64,000 nucleotides of DNA from positions 372,001 through 436,000 of the forward strand of contig OZ316776.1 of NCBI GenBank assembly GCA_973851085.1, in the 5' to 3' direction. The notes below the pieces were generated by a model. That model saw only the letters and a program-made list of their open reading frames with translations, was not told the DNA's origin and made no database searches. This DNA is from Ptychomitrium polyphyllum (taxonomy: Eukaryota). The position numbers and the translations under genes are program-made. The first letter of the stretch is position 1, and each line of letters opens with the position of its first letter. Positions 40,425 to 54,499 of this stretch are shown here, one piece after another.

Positions 40425-42115
40425 CTACCTTTGAAGCTAACATAGGAGCTTTCTAGGATTATGGTGAGCAATATCATACATGCAAGGGAACAAAATCTTC
40501 ACGTAACAAGGAAGTTGATGTATCATTAGAAAAGAGGCCTACAATAAGTAGTAAGAGGCCATCTTGTGAATGGTGGAAGAACCACATCTTTTTCCAAATG
40601 AATTTAAAATATGTTAGGATTGCCGTATTTGTTGATTCCTTAACTTTGTGCAATGCTTTGAAGTCCACGGGTGCTATGATATGGAAGAAAGCCATGGAAG
40701 AGGAGTACAAGTCATTTATGAAAAATGACACATGGGACTTGATTCAACTTCCTCTAAGTTGTCATTCTATTAGTTGCAAGTGGATTTTTAAGATCCAAAA
40801 TGATGCTTTGGGTGCAATTGTGAGGCATAAAACAAGACTAGTTGTGAAATGATACTTACAAATTGCTAGTGTTAAATTCAAGGAGAAATTTGCACATGTG
40901 GCCAAGTTCACTACCATTAGAACCATCTTGGCTATAGCGGCGGCAATGGATTTAGAAATCCACCAAATGGATGTGAAGATTGCCTTTTTAAATGGAGGCT
41001 TGGAAATAAAAGTTTATGTGGAGCAACCTCCAAGATTTGTGCATGAAGGCTTGGAGCACCTTGTTTGCAAGTTGAAAAAGTCCTTATACAAGCTCAACCA
41101 ATCACCAATGGCATGGTATCAACGCATTAATGCATTTTTTAAAAAGAGGGGTTTGTAAGAAGTGATGCAAATCATTTCTTGTATGTGTTGCAAACCATGG
41201 AGTTCTTATTGATTGTGATTTTGTATGTGGATGACTTGATTATGTTGACCAATCTTTTAGAGAAGCTAAAATGACTAAAAGCCAAATTAGAACAAGAATT
41301 TGAAATGAGTGACTTAGGCAAGTTACACTATTGCTTTGGAATGGAGTTTATAAAGGATTGTATGAAGAAGACCATTACTATAAGCCAAAGGAAGTACATT
41401 GAGGAGGTATAAAAACAATTCAACATGGAAGACTGCAAGCCAATTAGAACTTCTTTGGAGGCCAAAGCAAAGGTTGATGAAGTTTACTAATGAAGAATTT
41501 TCAACGGTGGAGGAACAAATGTAAGGCATTCCATAGAAGGCACACGTACGGTCTTTTATATATGCCATTTTTGGCATAAGGTTTGATCTTCCATTTGCGG
41601 TGAGTGTTGTGAGTCAGCACATATTCAAGGCCAATTCCATGCATTGGACAACAATTAAGAGGATCATGAGGTATTTGAAAGGCACTTTGAGCTTGGTGTT
41701 GTGCTTCAAAGGTAATAACATTGAGTTGCAAGGGTTTTATAATACGTATTGGGCTGAAAATGCCAACAATAAGCAATCTACAATAGACTATATGTTCTTT
41801 GTTGGAGTGAGAGCCATTTCTTGGAATTCCAAGAGGCAACCAACAATTGCAAGGTTAATCATAAAGGCAAGATACAGAGCAATAAGTTATAGTGCAATGT
41901 AGATAATGTGGCTGATGCAGCTCTTGGATGACATTTGACTTATACAATTGGATGCAATGCCCATCATATGTGACAATTAAGAATGTCTCGTCTTTGCCAA
42001 GAATTCCAAGCATCACTCACAAACAAAGTACATCAACATCCAACATTACTTCATAAGAAAGAAAATTGAAAATGGAATAATAGATATGAAGTATTGTGCA
42101 ACGAAGGAAATGTTT
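40425..42115 (+). mobile_element. Degenerate Ty1/Copia element, right part (reverse transcriptase and RNase H)
   Basis: WKKAMEEEYKSFMKNDTWDL, CKWIFK, IHQMDVKIAFLNG, VCKLKKSLYKLNQSPMAWY, LYVDDL, AISWNSKRQPTIA, KYINIQHYFIR. Confidence 0.92.
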
Positions 42116-42711
42116 GCTCCACATTACTTTTGTTTATTCTTGCTTGTTGTACAATCTTGTTGCATTTCTTCAATAAAACTCCTAAAAGTAAGCATGCAAT
42201 TGAAATCCATAGGTGGTCTTAGCTTTTGACAACAATAAAACGTTGGTACATAATGTGCCATTGATTGCTAAATCACAATGAAATGATGCAAGGTACTTAA
42301 GTTGTGAGATTTTTTTATCTATTTATTATATGTTTCATCTAATTTAATTAGTTTTTAGTATTAGCTAGGATTTGGAAGAAAAATATTCCTTTGGCTTGGC
42401 ATTCTTTGCTAAGTTAAGTCTAGTAATCGTGAATTTGCAAGAGAAGTCTTCTAAAGATTTTACTTCAAGAAGATGTTACAATCATTTAGTAGAACTTTAG
42501 ATTTCTTCTCCACTTGCACTTTTAGATCTTTTTCATCCACTTGACAAAAAATTGTAGATTTTCTTAAAATTTTTAAATTATGGATTCTATTCATCTTCTA
42601 CACCCAACTTTCCGGAAATGATGGTAAAGTATTGTAAGTAAAGAGATGAGTAAATAGTTCTCCAAATTTTGCGTACAATACCAAAATTATGTTTGTGGAA
42701 AGAAGTCCTAC

Positions 42712-42952
42712 TAGGCCTGCACAGGCCAGCCCCCCTACACTCCCTCGCCCTACGTGCGCACAAAGTCGCCTGCCAGCAGGTTGCCGGACGCCCTACAGAC
42801 CGAACAGACAGGCTGCTGCCGACTAGCGGCCGCAGATCGGCCCAAGTGCCGCTGCTGCCCGGCAACAACCTGCGGCAAGCCTGACGCCCGGGGCCTGGGG
42901 CCCGGCTCCCGGCGTCGTTAGGGCCTTGTACCCTGGGGCTAGAGTACCGGGC
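42712..42952. other. GC/CpG-rich self-complementary island; candidate structured ncRNA or transposon regulatory end
   Basis: Abrupt GC-rich block in very AT-rich flanks; stems 42768-42789/42857-42880, 42818-42841, 42883-42916 and 42714-42727. Confidence 0.45.
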
Positions 42953-45670
42953 TTATAACATTTGGGTTTGGGCTTACGGTACTTTAGAAAATTTTATTTC
43001 TTTCGTCTCCTATTTTTCATCTTATTTTCAAAAATTTCATTTTAGGCTTGATTCGTCCCAATTCATCCAATTTACATTTATCTCCGTCTAAAGAAATTTG
43101 TAAGAGTATCATGGAAGAATTTTCTAGATTCCAAGTGTATAATAAAACTTATCAAGTGTCAAAGGGCACTCATTGTTATATTTGATTTCATTCTTGCAAG
43201 TTCTCATGACTTATGACCATCTATTGCAAGCAAGTATTGGTAATTTTTGTCCACTCTTAATTTTGCAATTTGTTATTTAAGAAAGGAATTTAAGTTCTTA
43301 ATTTTGGATTATATTCTTGATACCTTTCTAAATTGCAAGCATTATTGTAATGGCTTTGGAACTTTTCCTCATTTTGTATTGTACATAGTCTATGCCCTAT
43401 AGGCATGTCACATTAATGGTCAGCAAGATCATTTTGCATGCATTAGAAGGAGGGCGTTGATTTGAATAATGGTATTAAAAAAGTGATGATCCAAAAATAC
43501 AAGTTTGATGGTTATGGCAAGTGCAAGTTGTCTTTAAGCCTTTTAATAATTTCAAGTATTTAAGTAGTTTTTCTCATGAAGCAGATTAAGAATTGATGTT
43601 ATCAAATTTTGTCACAAAATTACTTCAAAAATGATTTAATTAAAGACTTTGATTTAATAGTAGGAATTTACAAGGCATTTTAATTTACTTCAATGTTGGA
43701 CATTATTACAAGGTTTTGGATCTTAAATGCCGCCATATTTAATAAGAAAAAAGATGTCCATTACAACATGGTTGAAAAATTAGTTTCTCAAATAAGAAGG
43801 ATCTTAAAAATGGATAAAAGGAAAGAAACGAATAAATAAAAGGGGAGGAAGAGGAAGTTTATTGCTTCATTATATGTTGAGATTTTTGATTTAAATGGAA
43901 GAAAAGTGCTAGCAGTCCTTCAACTTTAATGATTTGAAAGCATTTGAGTTGTTGCCACAACATTTAAAAATAAAGTGTTTTAGACTTATAAGATGGAATA
44001 AAAAGTAGTTGTTCCACTTGTGCAAGCAAAGTGCTATTGAAAGTCTTGTGTTGAACTATGAAATATGTAAGAAATTAAAATGGATAATAATGTAATTAAA
44101 ATCAAATTTTTTAATATAATATGAACTATCATAGTGTTAAATTATATTTTAAATTTACAATTATAAAGTTATAAGTGTCAAAATTGTATACAATTAATAT
44201 TAAATGAAAGAAAAATATGATCTTGTGCATCATCTTTGTAAATAAGACAAATTTAAATTTGTAAGAAAAAAAAAGTATTTAAATTATAAGAAATATTTTA
44301 AAATTTAATTGTCTTTACTTGTTTTAAAATCTAAATTTATAAACTATGTAATAAAATTTTGAATACCTTTGTAGATATAATAGAATTTAATTTTTATTTA
44401 TATCTTTAAAGAACAGGGATTTTTTCAAGTTAGAAATATCATTATTTTTGAATATAAAATAAGTGTAGTGGTTGAAATGGAAGTAAGATATATAAATCTT
44501 AAGTATAAAATTTAAAATTACATTTGTTGTAAATGTAAATTAAATTTGAAATCATAAAGTTACATGTTTTGATAAAGGAAAATGATTCTAAAAATTAGTC
44601 AATGGCACTTTGGATTTGAAAAATATTATATTAAATCTGTTCCATTGAATTATTTTAAATTACAATGTTTTTTTAACATCATCTTAAGAGTACTTTAATA
44701 CAAAAATCAATCATTAGCAATCATTGGTGTATCCAAAAATTGGACTTATTGCAAAATAATTGATTCAAATTTGAACATCCTTACATTATAATACTTATAT
44801 AAGTTTTACAATATAATCAACCTAGCTATTGTGATATTCAAATATATGACACTTGAATATACAACAATTTCAACTATACAACTCATTTTTGCACAACCAA
44901 TTTATTTAATTCAAAAATTCTTTTATAATATAATTATAATAAATTTTAATATAACAATTAAGACCATTCATATTTCATATAGTAGAGGTAACTAATGCTT
45001 AATATGGATGAATTTCATCTAAATGATGAATATATGAAAAAATATATCATACTTCATTCATTTATAATTGAAAACCTTATAAAAACTTTCAAAGTCTAGG
45101 GCTAGAGAATGGTGACTATGGCTTATATAGTGGCTAGGGTTGGTTGCAATCAACAAACTTAGTATTGCAAATCTTGGTAGATGTAAAAAGTATTTTTAAT
45201 ATTTTATAACCATTATAATATAATTTTATACTTTTTTTGGTCGAAGTTTTAAAATCTCAATAATACAATATCAAATGCTTAAAATATTATATAATAAAAA
45301 ATGCATCATTTTTATTACAGGCTAATTTTTTAATTTTTCAAACTTATCATATCAGAGAAAGAGAGGAAAATAGTGCCTTGCAAATGCTACATAATTATCA
45401 CTACAACAACAACAACAAATAGACTTGAGTTGGAATTCAATCCAACAACGTCCACTACGTCCACTAAGATTAAGATTGGATGGATACCGGATGAAAACGG
45501 ATGCCGGATGAAGGAGAAAGAGCTCCTCTTAGGCTGCTCATGATCATGAAAGAACTGTACGACGGTGAACCCGAGGCGTGGCAGACCACATATCCGGGTA
45601 TGGGGGCGCATCCGGGTGTCGGGGGTTCGGGGCTCCGGGGGCAACGACGGAAGCAGACAGGGTATAGGAA

Positions 45671-45679
45671 TTAGGGTTT
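45671..45679 (-). promoter_or_regulatory. Telo-box (AAACCCTAA) upstream of a ribosome-biogenesis gene
   Basis: TTAGGGTTT about 65 nt before the WDR74 ATG; telo-boxes are typical of plant ribosome/translation gene promoters. Confidence 0.6.
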
Positions 45680-45743
45680 GGGAGCATGAGCACAAGCTGA
45701 TGTTGCGAGGATTTGCGCACCCATCTCGCAGCGCATTTTCATC

Positions 45744-48700
45744 ATGCCGCGCACCAGTGCAGTGGACTTGCCGGGGTGCCCGCCCTTCCGAGCTCTGTGT
45801 TGCGACAATCTCGGCTACGTCAAAGGTACGTTGCTTTTTTCACTCTGTTTCGCATTGCAGCGCCACCGCAACCAGAGCGCTGCTCGTTTATTTCAAGTCA
45901 CGCATGCTCAAAGCTATTAGTTCGATTTTTGCAGTGGTGGAAGTTGCGTCGGACAAGGGCGTTCCTCAGGTGGTGGCGCGATGGGGTCGAGAACCCACGT
46001 CATGCGCCTCGTTTGGCCAGGAGGGTTTTGCGTTGGCGAGAAAGAACGGCAGAGTGAGTTCGGAGTTTACTATGACTTCACCTCTTGTTAAGGATTTCTT
46101 TGGTTGTGGACCAGTCTCTGTAGTGGTTGTTTCGCGTGTGGTCATTTAGAACGGGGTGCATTTCTTGAGGGTTTAGAGGTTTAAGGTACCTTTTGAGAGT
46201 GTCATTTGTGTTGTATTTTTTGAGTTAATTATTTGAACTTGTGATGCTGCATTGTCAGGTTGAAGTCTTGAATCCAGCCTCCGGTGTTAGCCTAGCTCAA
46301 ATTGGAGTACCAACTTGCACGTTATCAGCTATGGAAGGCAGTGATGGGAAGCTTGAAAATGCAAGTAACGCAGTCTGTGGACTGCATCTTTTTCAGAAAA
46401 CTAGTATTTGGTAATGACATTCTCATGTTCACGTACGTGTATTTATTGGTAACTGATAGCTTCATGCATTCCCTGTTCAATGCAGAGAAGTTGTGATATT
46501 CACTGGCGGGTTGTGGAATCAGTCCTGTTCTCACTCGGCCTTTGTGCTTTCCCAGGGGTGCTGCAGTGCTAACTTGCACGGAGCAGGGTGTGGCTGCTAT
46601 TCAGAGAATCTCTTTTCCAGATGAAGATGAGGACATGGGCGTGTCTACAAGCAACCAAGCTGGTTCAGATGCAATAGTGTGGAGCGTAACTGATTCAGGA
46701 TGCATATTGTGTTTACGGGTGGATGGAACCGAGCGTTATGCTGTTTTCGGAGGGTATGTCTCTATCCTCTTATGCTATATATTTGCAGATATTCTTGCCT
46801 TTCTTGGTTACTAGCAAGTCAGAATGCAGTCCTCATGATATACTGGCTTTTGCCACTCTTTGAATATGTCCACTGAGTCAGAAACTGATTGCACTTCTTC
46901 CTATCGCAGAAAAGGTGTCGACGTAAGTATGTGGGATTTAGAGAAGCAGATCCGTATATGGAGTGCTAAAAATGTAAGTTACTCGATTGTTGGAAGCTAT
47001 TTGTATGAATGAAGTCTTTGGTTGCCTTATTTTGTTTTATTTTAGAGATTGAAGTCAACCCGGTTTGCTGAGATTTGCTGGTTATGTCTGTGCAGCCAAG
47101 AAGGGACAACTTGGGGCTGATAGCGCCAGCATACGTCACAGCATTGGCATTCCTTTCTGACAAGGATCACCGCAAGTTTGTTGTGGGAACTGGCCATCAC
47201 CAGGTGTGAATACTATATCGTATTTGGACAATATTTCTTAGCCCGACATATCAATTCAATGTAGGATCTCTCTTCTCCTTATAGTTTTAGTTGGCGTGAA
47301 TCTTGGTGGACGAGAAGGCTCTGGACTGCTTCCTCTCTTGAGAACTCGTTTTCGTTTATGCAGATTCGGTTGTATGATATTGGAGCGCAGCGGAGACCAA
47401 TGATAATGTTTGACTACGGTGAATCACCTGTCAAATCCATTGCACCAAATGGTGATGGATACACAGTGTATGTTGGGACAGGGAGTGGAGACCTGGCATG
47501 CTTTGATATGCGGACAGGTAAACATTGAGATCGTTTTTTAGCATCGTAGGAAGTTTGGCTTCTTCATGAAGCGTATTCTTTGATTCTAGAACCTTTTTCG
47601 ATAAATACTGCGCCTTAAATTTTATTTATATCCTGTGGTTCAGGAATGTTTTTGGTATATCACAGCCATTTGGATCTGCAGAGTGCATGGATCCTTTGCA
47701 TGATGTGCATGTTGATGGCAGCTTTTATGCTCTGCTCAGATAAGCCTATTTGGCCAGTCGTACATTTGAGTGATCTTTTTTGTTAAAATCATATGGGACT
47801 GCATGCAAAGGCAATGTTTTGATTTTTGTGTAATGTAGGTCAAAATGTTGGAGGTTTCAAGGGGAAAATAGCAGGCAGTGTACGGTCCGTTGCTCGGCAT
47901 CCAACTCTGCCTCTAGTTGCATCTTGTGGTACGTGAAATTTGTTTATTGGATATCATTTTTTTTAGTTTTAATTGCACTGTGGGTGTTTAGTGTCATGCA
48001 TGAGATTGTTTTCTGTTTCACTTGTTTGTTTTCTGCGGTTATTCTGATTGTATCTGTCAGAACCAAATTTGAGTTCAAAAAGTTGTTCTGTGCAGGCTTG
48101 GATAGATATTTAAGAATTCATCATGCCAATACTAGGCAGCTCCTTGCAATGGTAAATATTTTTGATGTATTTATGCTACTCTATTTAAGCTGCACTTGGC
48201 ATCATGACTTCCACATCTTCTGTTAATTATTTTAGCTTGGTGTTCTGCGAATCTTTTGTAATATTTTACCATTTTGTACAGGTGTTCTTGAAGCAACAGT
48301 TGATTAGCGTAGTGTTTGATACGAGTGTACTATCGGTTCCTTCAGTACCTACAAGTGCCGACAAAGGTATAACAATCGTTGTATGATGCCATAGGATCTC
48401 AATGTATATTATTTCTTAGAAATGTTATGCTTTGCCTTATGCACACATGTTTGATTTAATTTCAGTTCTTTATGATTGTCAAATTTTCCAAAAATGCAAG
48501 GAGTTTCTTCTACAAAATATCTTGTTCGCCATCTTTCATGTGCGGGATTCAATGAGCTTGTTTTTCGAATTGTACGATAATTAGCATGGCTGAAAGCTAT
48601 ATATAGAATGTTTTAACATCGTTTTGTAATTGACATGTCCGTTGAATATTTTGACTTCAGAGACTTCGGAATCTTCAGACCAAAAGTCAGCATTGAAGAA

Positions 48701-48938
48701 TACTGCACACGGAGTAGAGAATATTTCCTACAAAAAGCGAGCAGGTAAGGCTGTCGTCAATGGGAAAGAGGTCAAGATCGACAAGATGAAGCGGTCCAGA
48801 GAGGAAGTGAATGATTCTCCGCCCCCATCAGGGAATGGGGTGAAGAGTAAGACGGCTAACGCTAAGAATACGAACACTGAGATCAAACCGGAGAAGAGCC
48901 TCAAAAGGCGTCGAAAATCAAAAAGCAACGGGCCATAG
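45744..48938 (+). CDS. WDR74: WD40-repeat protein WDR74/NSA1 (60S ribosome biogenesis)
   Basis: MPRTSAVDLPGCPPFRALCCDNLGYVK start; exons with ARKNGR|VEVLNP, VSMWDLEKQIRIWSAKN, RDNLGLIAP, IRLYDIGAQRRP, FKGKIAGSVRSVARHP, GLDRYLRIH and VFLKQQL; Lys-rich tail ending 48938. Confidence 0.9.
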
Positions 48939-49846
48939 GTTTATTTCAATTTTGCTTCAAAATACAAGTTGTAGGCGCAGCAGCATAAGACTCATAACAC
49001 TTGCATGAAGGCATTCCGTCGAGCGCTCTGAAGAGTTTAGAAATTATTAATGCGCTTAGCAGTTGGTAGTCTATTGAGTTGTGTTTCTTAGACGCACAGA
49101 TTTAGAATTGAATAGGTGATTACTTAGACTACTTTTGCACCACATTGTAGGGTGCAACAAAATGGAATTAACGGTTTCGTATTTGCTAGAGTTGGCTCCT
49201 TTAATGCGATTGCAATCCTCTTCTTATTTTCGGTGACTTGCTTTGCCTCGTTAGTTTTTGGTGTTCGAAACTGTTGAATCTGAAGTTTCTGCTGCTTGTG
49301 ATACTTAGTATCAAATAGTTTTTGAGACAGATTTTCAACACATGTATGTAGCTGATCCAATTCGTTAGGCATCAACTAGATTCAAAATCTAACATACGAA
49401 TTCGAAGTAGCTTAACTCTAATAAACGTGTACAGTGTCATTCCTTCACTGAATGATAGAACAGCAAGTGGGAGTTACCCTTACAAGTGCAGCAATCACGT
49501 TTGGAATAAGCATGTCAGTTTACAAAACCAACTGCATTGTCAAGATGTTCGCATTGGAAACCACCATCAATAAACCAACCACTCAATTACCGCACACAGC
49601 TCTCTTCTCAGGTGCATCATTTGCTTTAGCGACAGCTTTAGAATCTCTAATGGACCACTTAATGTTTTCTTGACAAGTACAATCAGGAGCCGAATACAAT
49701 ACATTCAGAGTCCAAAAAGATAAGCAAACTACTTAGCTCCACAAATGAGATCGTCTTGAAAACTAGTGGATACAAATCTTAGGTCCAAACGACCCACCCA
49801 CTAGACCAAAATTGCCAGCTATATGTGAAATCCACAAGTGTCAAAC

Positions 49847-51933
49847 TTATCGCAATCGTCGAGTAGCAGGTTGCAAAATCCGGTCTGCAAGCTCTCCAAA
49901 GGACTTGATATCCACCTTCCAAAGCCTGCCACCAAGTAAATAATACTAATAAATTACAACTGACACGAATAGAGTCAAAGAAAGTAAGAGCAGCACTTAC
50001 CATAGCCACCGCCTAATATTGAAAGAATTGGCTTTGATCCTGGAATGGTATCTGAAGCTTACCATGATTCTAAACCAGCAGCCAAGGCACCTTGCTTATC
50101 ATTTGTTGGGTCATCGCCAACATGCACAGCAAGTGATGCATCAACACCTAGTTCATCTGGATACAAAAGAACCAGGGAGGGACACATTTAATACTTGACA
50201 AAAAGAAGTACTGGAACCATGGTGTTACTAAGTCTACAACAATGAAGCTAGAAATACAAAAGAAGAATCAAAACAAGTTCTTCATAATGATCACAGGCCT
50301 CCGGTAAACCCCCAAGGATGATACGATGCCTGCAAACCTAGCAAAATGACGAGACATACTTAAGGCAGCTTCAAAGATCTCTCGAGACGGTTTCTCATAA
50401 CCGATTTCCGCAGAGATTATCAGTGCATCAAACCTGTTGATGTTGCAACCAAAAGCCAAAAGAGCAGCAGGGATCAGCAGGTATGTACTTTAGAGAGAAA
50501 TTTAATGACATACAGCAAGGTTAAGCATTGCTACTAGAGTAAATAACAAATAATTGGATGCCCATTAATATCAATTGCTTCAGAGAAAAACATCATGGCA
50601 TTTGACATGCTGTGTTTGCAAGACAACTGTAAGTGCAGAAACACCAAAGAGCCTTACAAAGTGTCAACCTGCAAATCCCGCAAGATGGTTCGTAACCTTG
50701 AGTCGAAGTTAGAAACCACAGCAAGCTTTACTAAATGATCAAGGGAGCACATTGTCAGAAAAACATGGAAAATATTAATTAAAGTACACAACACACTAAA
50801 CACTCTATGAGAAAGTATGACATACCCCAAACCCCAACTATACCTCCAGCTTTGCGAAGTCGTACAAGAGCTTCAGGTGCTCCGTTGGCTACTTTCCATG
50901 CGTCACCCCTCGCAAAGTGCTGCAGTGATAAACCCCCATTAACTATCAACAGATATCAAAACCTTAAACAAAATTTGAAGGTATAAACGTAAAAAAGCTT
51001 GATATCGACTTTGTTGAGAAATACGCTTACATTATAAAGCTCCTCAAAGTAAGTATCATCGGCACAACCCGTAGCTGTCGCCACTGCATAACGCCAGAAC
51101 GGCCTGCCATCTCCCTGATCGTCCATTTAACACTAAGTTATCAATGTATAGCATCACTTCGAGGTTGTAAATACAATGCCATAGGAGCTAGAAAGACAAG
51201 CTCCACTAACCTCATACCGGAGCCGTTCTGGCCATGGCTCAGCAAATGCCTTCTTAAAGCCCTTCTTGATTTCGGCTGGTGTGGTCTGAACACCTACACC
51301 GAATAACAAAGAGGATCCCCCGTTAGCTTGGAAAGCGATCGTCCAGAAATGAGCTTCATGAGAATCAAAAAACCAACACACAAGCAGGAGTGTATTCTAA
51401 CCAAAGATGGTCTTAGGATGTAACCTAATTGACTCCACATCAATATAACTTAAATCCAGAGGTTGTAACAACACGTGCATCAAGATTATTGTCCTTCAGC
51501 TCGATCAACTATTCTGCTCATCTTGCTCCGTGAATTAGGAGTGAATTTGGAGGAGAAACCCTAATTTAATGAAATCAATTGAAAGAAGACTCACCATGTT
51601 TGGCACCAATTCTGGCGTAGACTTCCGGCACAGGTTGCGAAGTCTCCAACAAAGTACCTCCAATGTCGAGCAATAAAGCCCCGTATGGCTCCGGTTTCTG
51701 GGATTCGCTACCTGCTCATGATGCAAACAGGTTAAACCGACAGAGACATACATCCCGAAGCTTCCCAAGCGCAAGTGAAATGGTGAAATCCAAACCACAC
51801 CTGTGCCGTATGAACTCTGAGAACACGAAGCTTGAGCGCAAAGGCGGCCCAGTTTCATTGATAATCTCGGCGCATGCCTCGTGTGGGAGAAGGCCGCAGG
51901 ATTCAACAATAACGACATCGCCCTGACCGACAT
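49847..51933 (-). CDS. HDHD3: HAD-superfamily hydrolase, HDHD3-like, with probable organellar transit peptide
   Basis: Exons include ALLLDIGGTLL (motif I, 51596-51711), GDGRPFWR, LAVVSNFDSRL (motif II), IGYEKPSREIF (motif III), VHVGDDPTNDKQGA (motif IV) and a final LWKVDIK...RRLR*. Start is 51933 or 51918. Confidence 0.88.
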
Positions 51934-54499
51934 GCCCGAATCCTTCACCTGTACCTGTGCCCTCCAAGCACCACCAAATCAGCAACGAAATTGACCGTAA
52001 ACTGCTCCTACAAACTGCTCATTGATAGAATCAATTGTATCACTCTGAGAAAATCAAAATTAGGTCACCCACATCTCTGGCATGACATCAGAAAAATACA
52101 TCAAGCTAATACGAACAATGCAACCACACCTCTCAATCAGTTTCAATTTTCAATGCTGGCGGGTCGCGTGACGATCTCCTTCCATCCCAATCACAGTAAC
52201 ACTATCTGAGTGCGTGGTCTCTTCGTCTCTTCGTCTCTTCCCGCAGGGTTTGCAAAGAGTACAAGGCCACGTGGCGCATTGAAATGTCACAAGCGTAGAT
52301 GGTGTTGCGGGTCAATCTTCCGTCGAGGGTCCCAAGTCCCTCAGCACATCTGGTTCGTGTTTTGCAACAACTCATCTGCACATGTGAGGAGGTGTCGGTA
52401 CAGCGCGAGAATCGCCATCGGCATTCTCAATCTACGTGACGACATCGCGCGCCTTGCATTTTTTTCAAGTACGGTGCTTCTTCTACCTGTGGTCTCTGCC
52501 GAATTGGAAGTCTGGTCGACTATGAGTTATTACAATTCTTGTGCACCCGTCTGGTTGTCGCTGCTATAGTTGTGTAGTGGACTTTTCCACGTGCAAGTGC
52601 TTTCTGAGATTGTGCATCCGGTTGTCTCCCTCACTGCTGGATTCGTGGGCTTAGTTTGAGATGCAAGGGAGCAAACTCCCTTACATTATCACCTCAACTT
52701 TGCTTGCGGAGGGGCTAGAATCGGAATAGCGGCATTGGGATCCTGCTCACGGCGAGTTTATCTCCAAGTGTATCAGGAGATTGCTTTTGGTATTAGCCCG
52801 AGAGCAAAGTTCAAGAAATCTTCTGATCATTCCAGATTTACGGCTGTGCCCCGAGTGCTTTACTAAGGTTATAAAATTTCCAGCCTATTCTGCTACAGAG
52901 ACGTGAACAGAGGAAGAGAACACATGAAATTACTAGAATTGTAAACAGAGTATGAAGGCGGAGATGACGCTGAGGTCCAGGGGTGACTTGAATGAGCTGG
53001 GAGAGAGCTCTCCTGCAGGACTTGCATTAGACAAGGGCATTTGCTAATAAGGCTTATGATGTTAATCCCTCGAAAATCTTGAATGCTCGAGCGATTATTC
53101 TCATGTACATATCGACAACTCAATGAGCATCCTTTACTGGAACGGGGACGAAGTCGTACAGCAATTTATTTTTCATTAGCTCTGGGTGGGGTCCAAGTGC
53201 AGCCCAACATGCTCACCGTGTAACAGGACCTCGCGAAAGCATCGAACATTCTCCTCCCCCGGGCTCTCCATCCAAATACCTGCAAAACAAGCCTAAAAGT
53301 ATTCTGAAGTACCTCGGCTCTAGCACAGGTCTGTCTCGAGAAGAAATCCACTCCAGGTTCAAGAAAGGTGACCGCATCCTCAACATGCGAATCAGTTACG
53401 AATTCAAATCTTCCTCAAAAACCCGTTAAACAGTATTGCAGTAAGCAACGTTTGAAAGGTTCTATGAGTCAGAAGTTGCGAATTCGAGTACCTATTGCAT
53501 GATGATTATGTTCTGTGCATTCAGGTCCACTACAAAAGACCGGATGTCCTCAGTAGATGTAATCCGCCTCATGTTATAGTACTGTAGCGGATTGCACACG
53601 CTTTCTCTTGCATGACACATTTGTATTCATTTCCAGATGTTAATCACACACATGGAATGCTCCAGTGGGCCTCGCAAGTTGCGACGCCGCAAGCTCATGG
53701 AAATATACCACTTCGAGGGAGGGGGACCGAGGAGGGAGTCGGTCTAAGTGCTGGCTGATCGGGATTTTACACGCAAACTGAAACTGGACAAGTGTGTTAC
53801 ACTCTCCACTTGTGCAAGACGGTGCCCTGTCAATTCTACTGGTGCTGATCTCTATGCTCTCTGTGCAGAAGCAAGGTTATATCTATAATAGATACTCCGC
53901 TTCATCTCTACAGCTCTTTCCAGCATCGTCAGATGGTCGTTGAATGAACGTACTCCGCAGAGCGCAGAATCATTTTATCAACTGAAAGAGCAGTTCTGGT
54001 CTCTTTGCACATTTATCTTGTGGTTGGCTTCAGCTGAGTCAACCTCTGCATCTGTTGTCAATGCCAACAAGGGAGGTTTCGGATGTTCATGTGCACTGCT
54101 GCTTTCTAAAGCGTAGTTATTTGTAATTGCAGGTCGAAGCTGATGAGGCCAAAGATAGCGGTAATGATGTAAATGACGATGACACTGTTATAGAGGAGCA
54201 AGACAGTTTCCTTAAGGTTTGTTGGCCAAGCTGTTTATGATTAGAAATTTGTGTTTCTGCTAGAAGTTCAACTTCTGAAAATTGGTTGTAAGAGCGTTCT
54301 ATCACTAGTGCTACACCTTTTTGTTTGACATGCTATGCAAGAGATCAAACCATCTCTTTCTCTTGTAGATTTAGAAAGATTTAGACAACCATATTCAACA
54401 GTAGTACAAAGGAAGGACTAAAGACTACAGACTAAAGACTCATAGTCATCGTGTACTGCTATCTGTTGATTCAGAAAGTATTGACGATAAAAATTATCA

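Noticed and set aside
42690..42965. RNase P/MRP-like motifs on + (GGAAAGAAGTCC ... CGGGCTTA) flanking the GC island
   Set aside because: No room or sequence for the P2/P3 helices before the first motif, no USE promoter element, and the stem mismatches favour the opposite strand; needs a covariance-model search.
43400..44050. hAT dimerisation-like peptide (AIFNKKK...VEKLV)
   Set aside because: Similarity is too weak and short to support a call by eye.
46400..46560. Possible microexon needed in WDR74
   Set aside because: The direct junction ATT TG|gtaatg...ccag|G GGT is already in frame.
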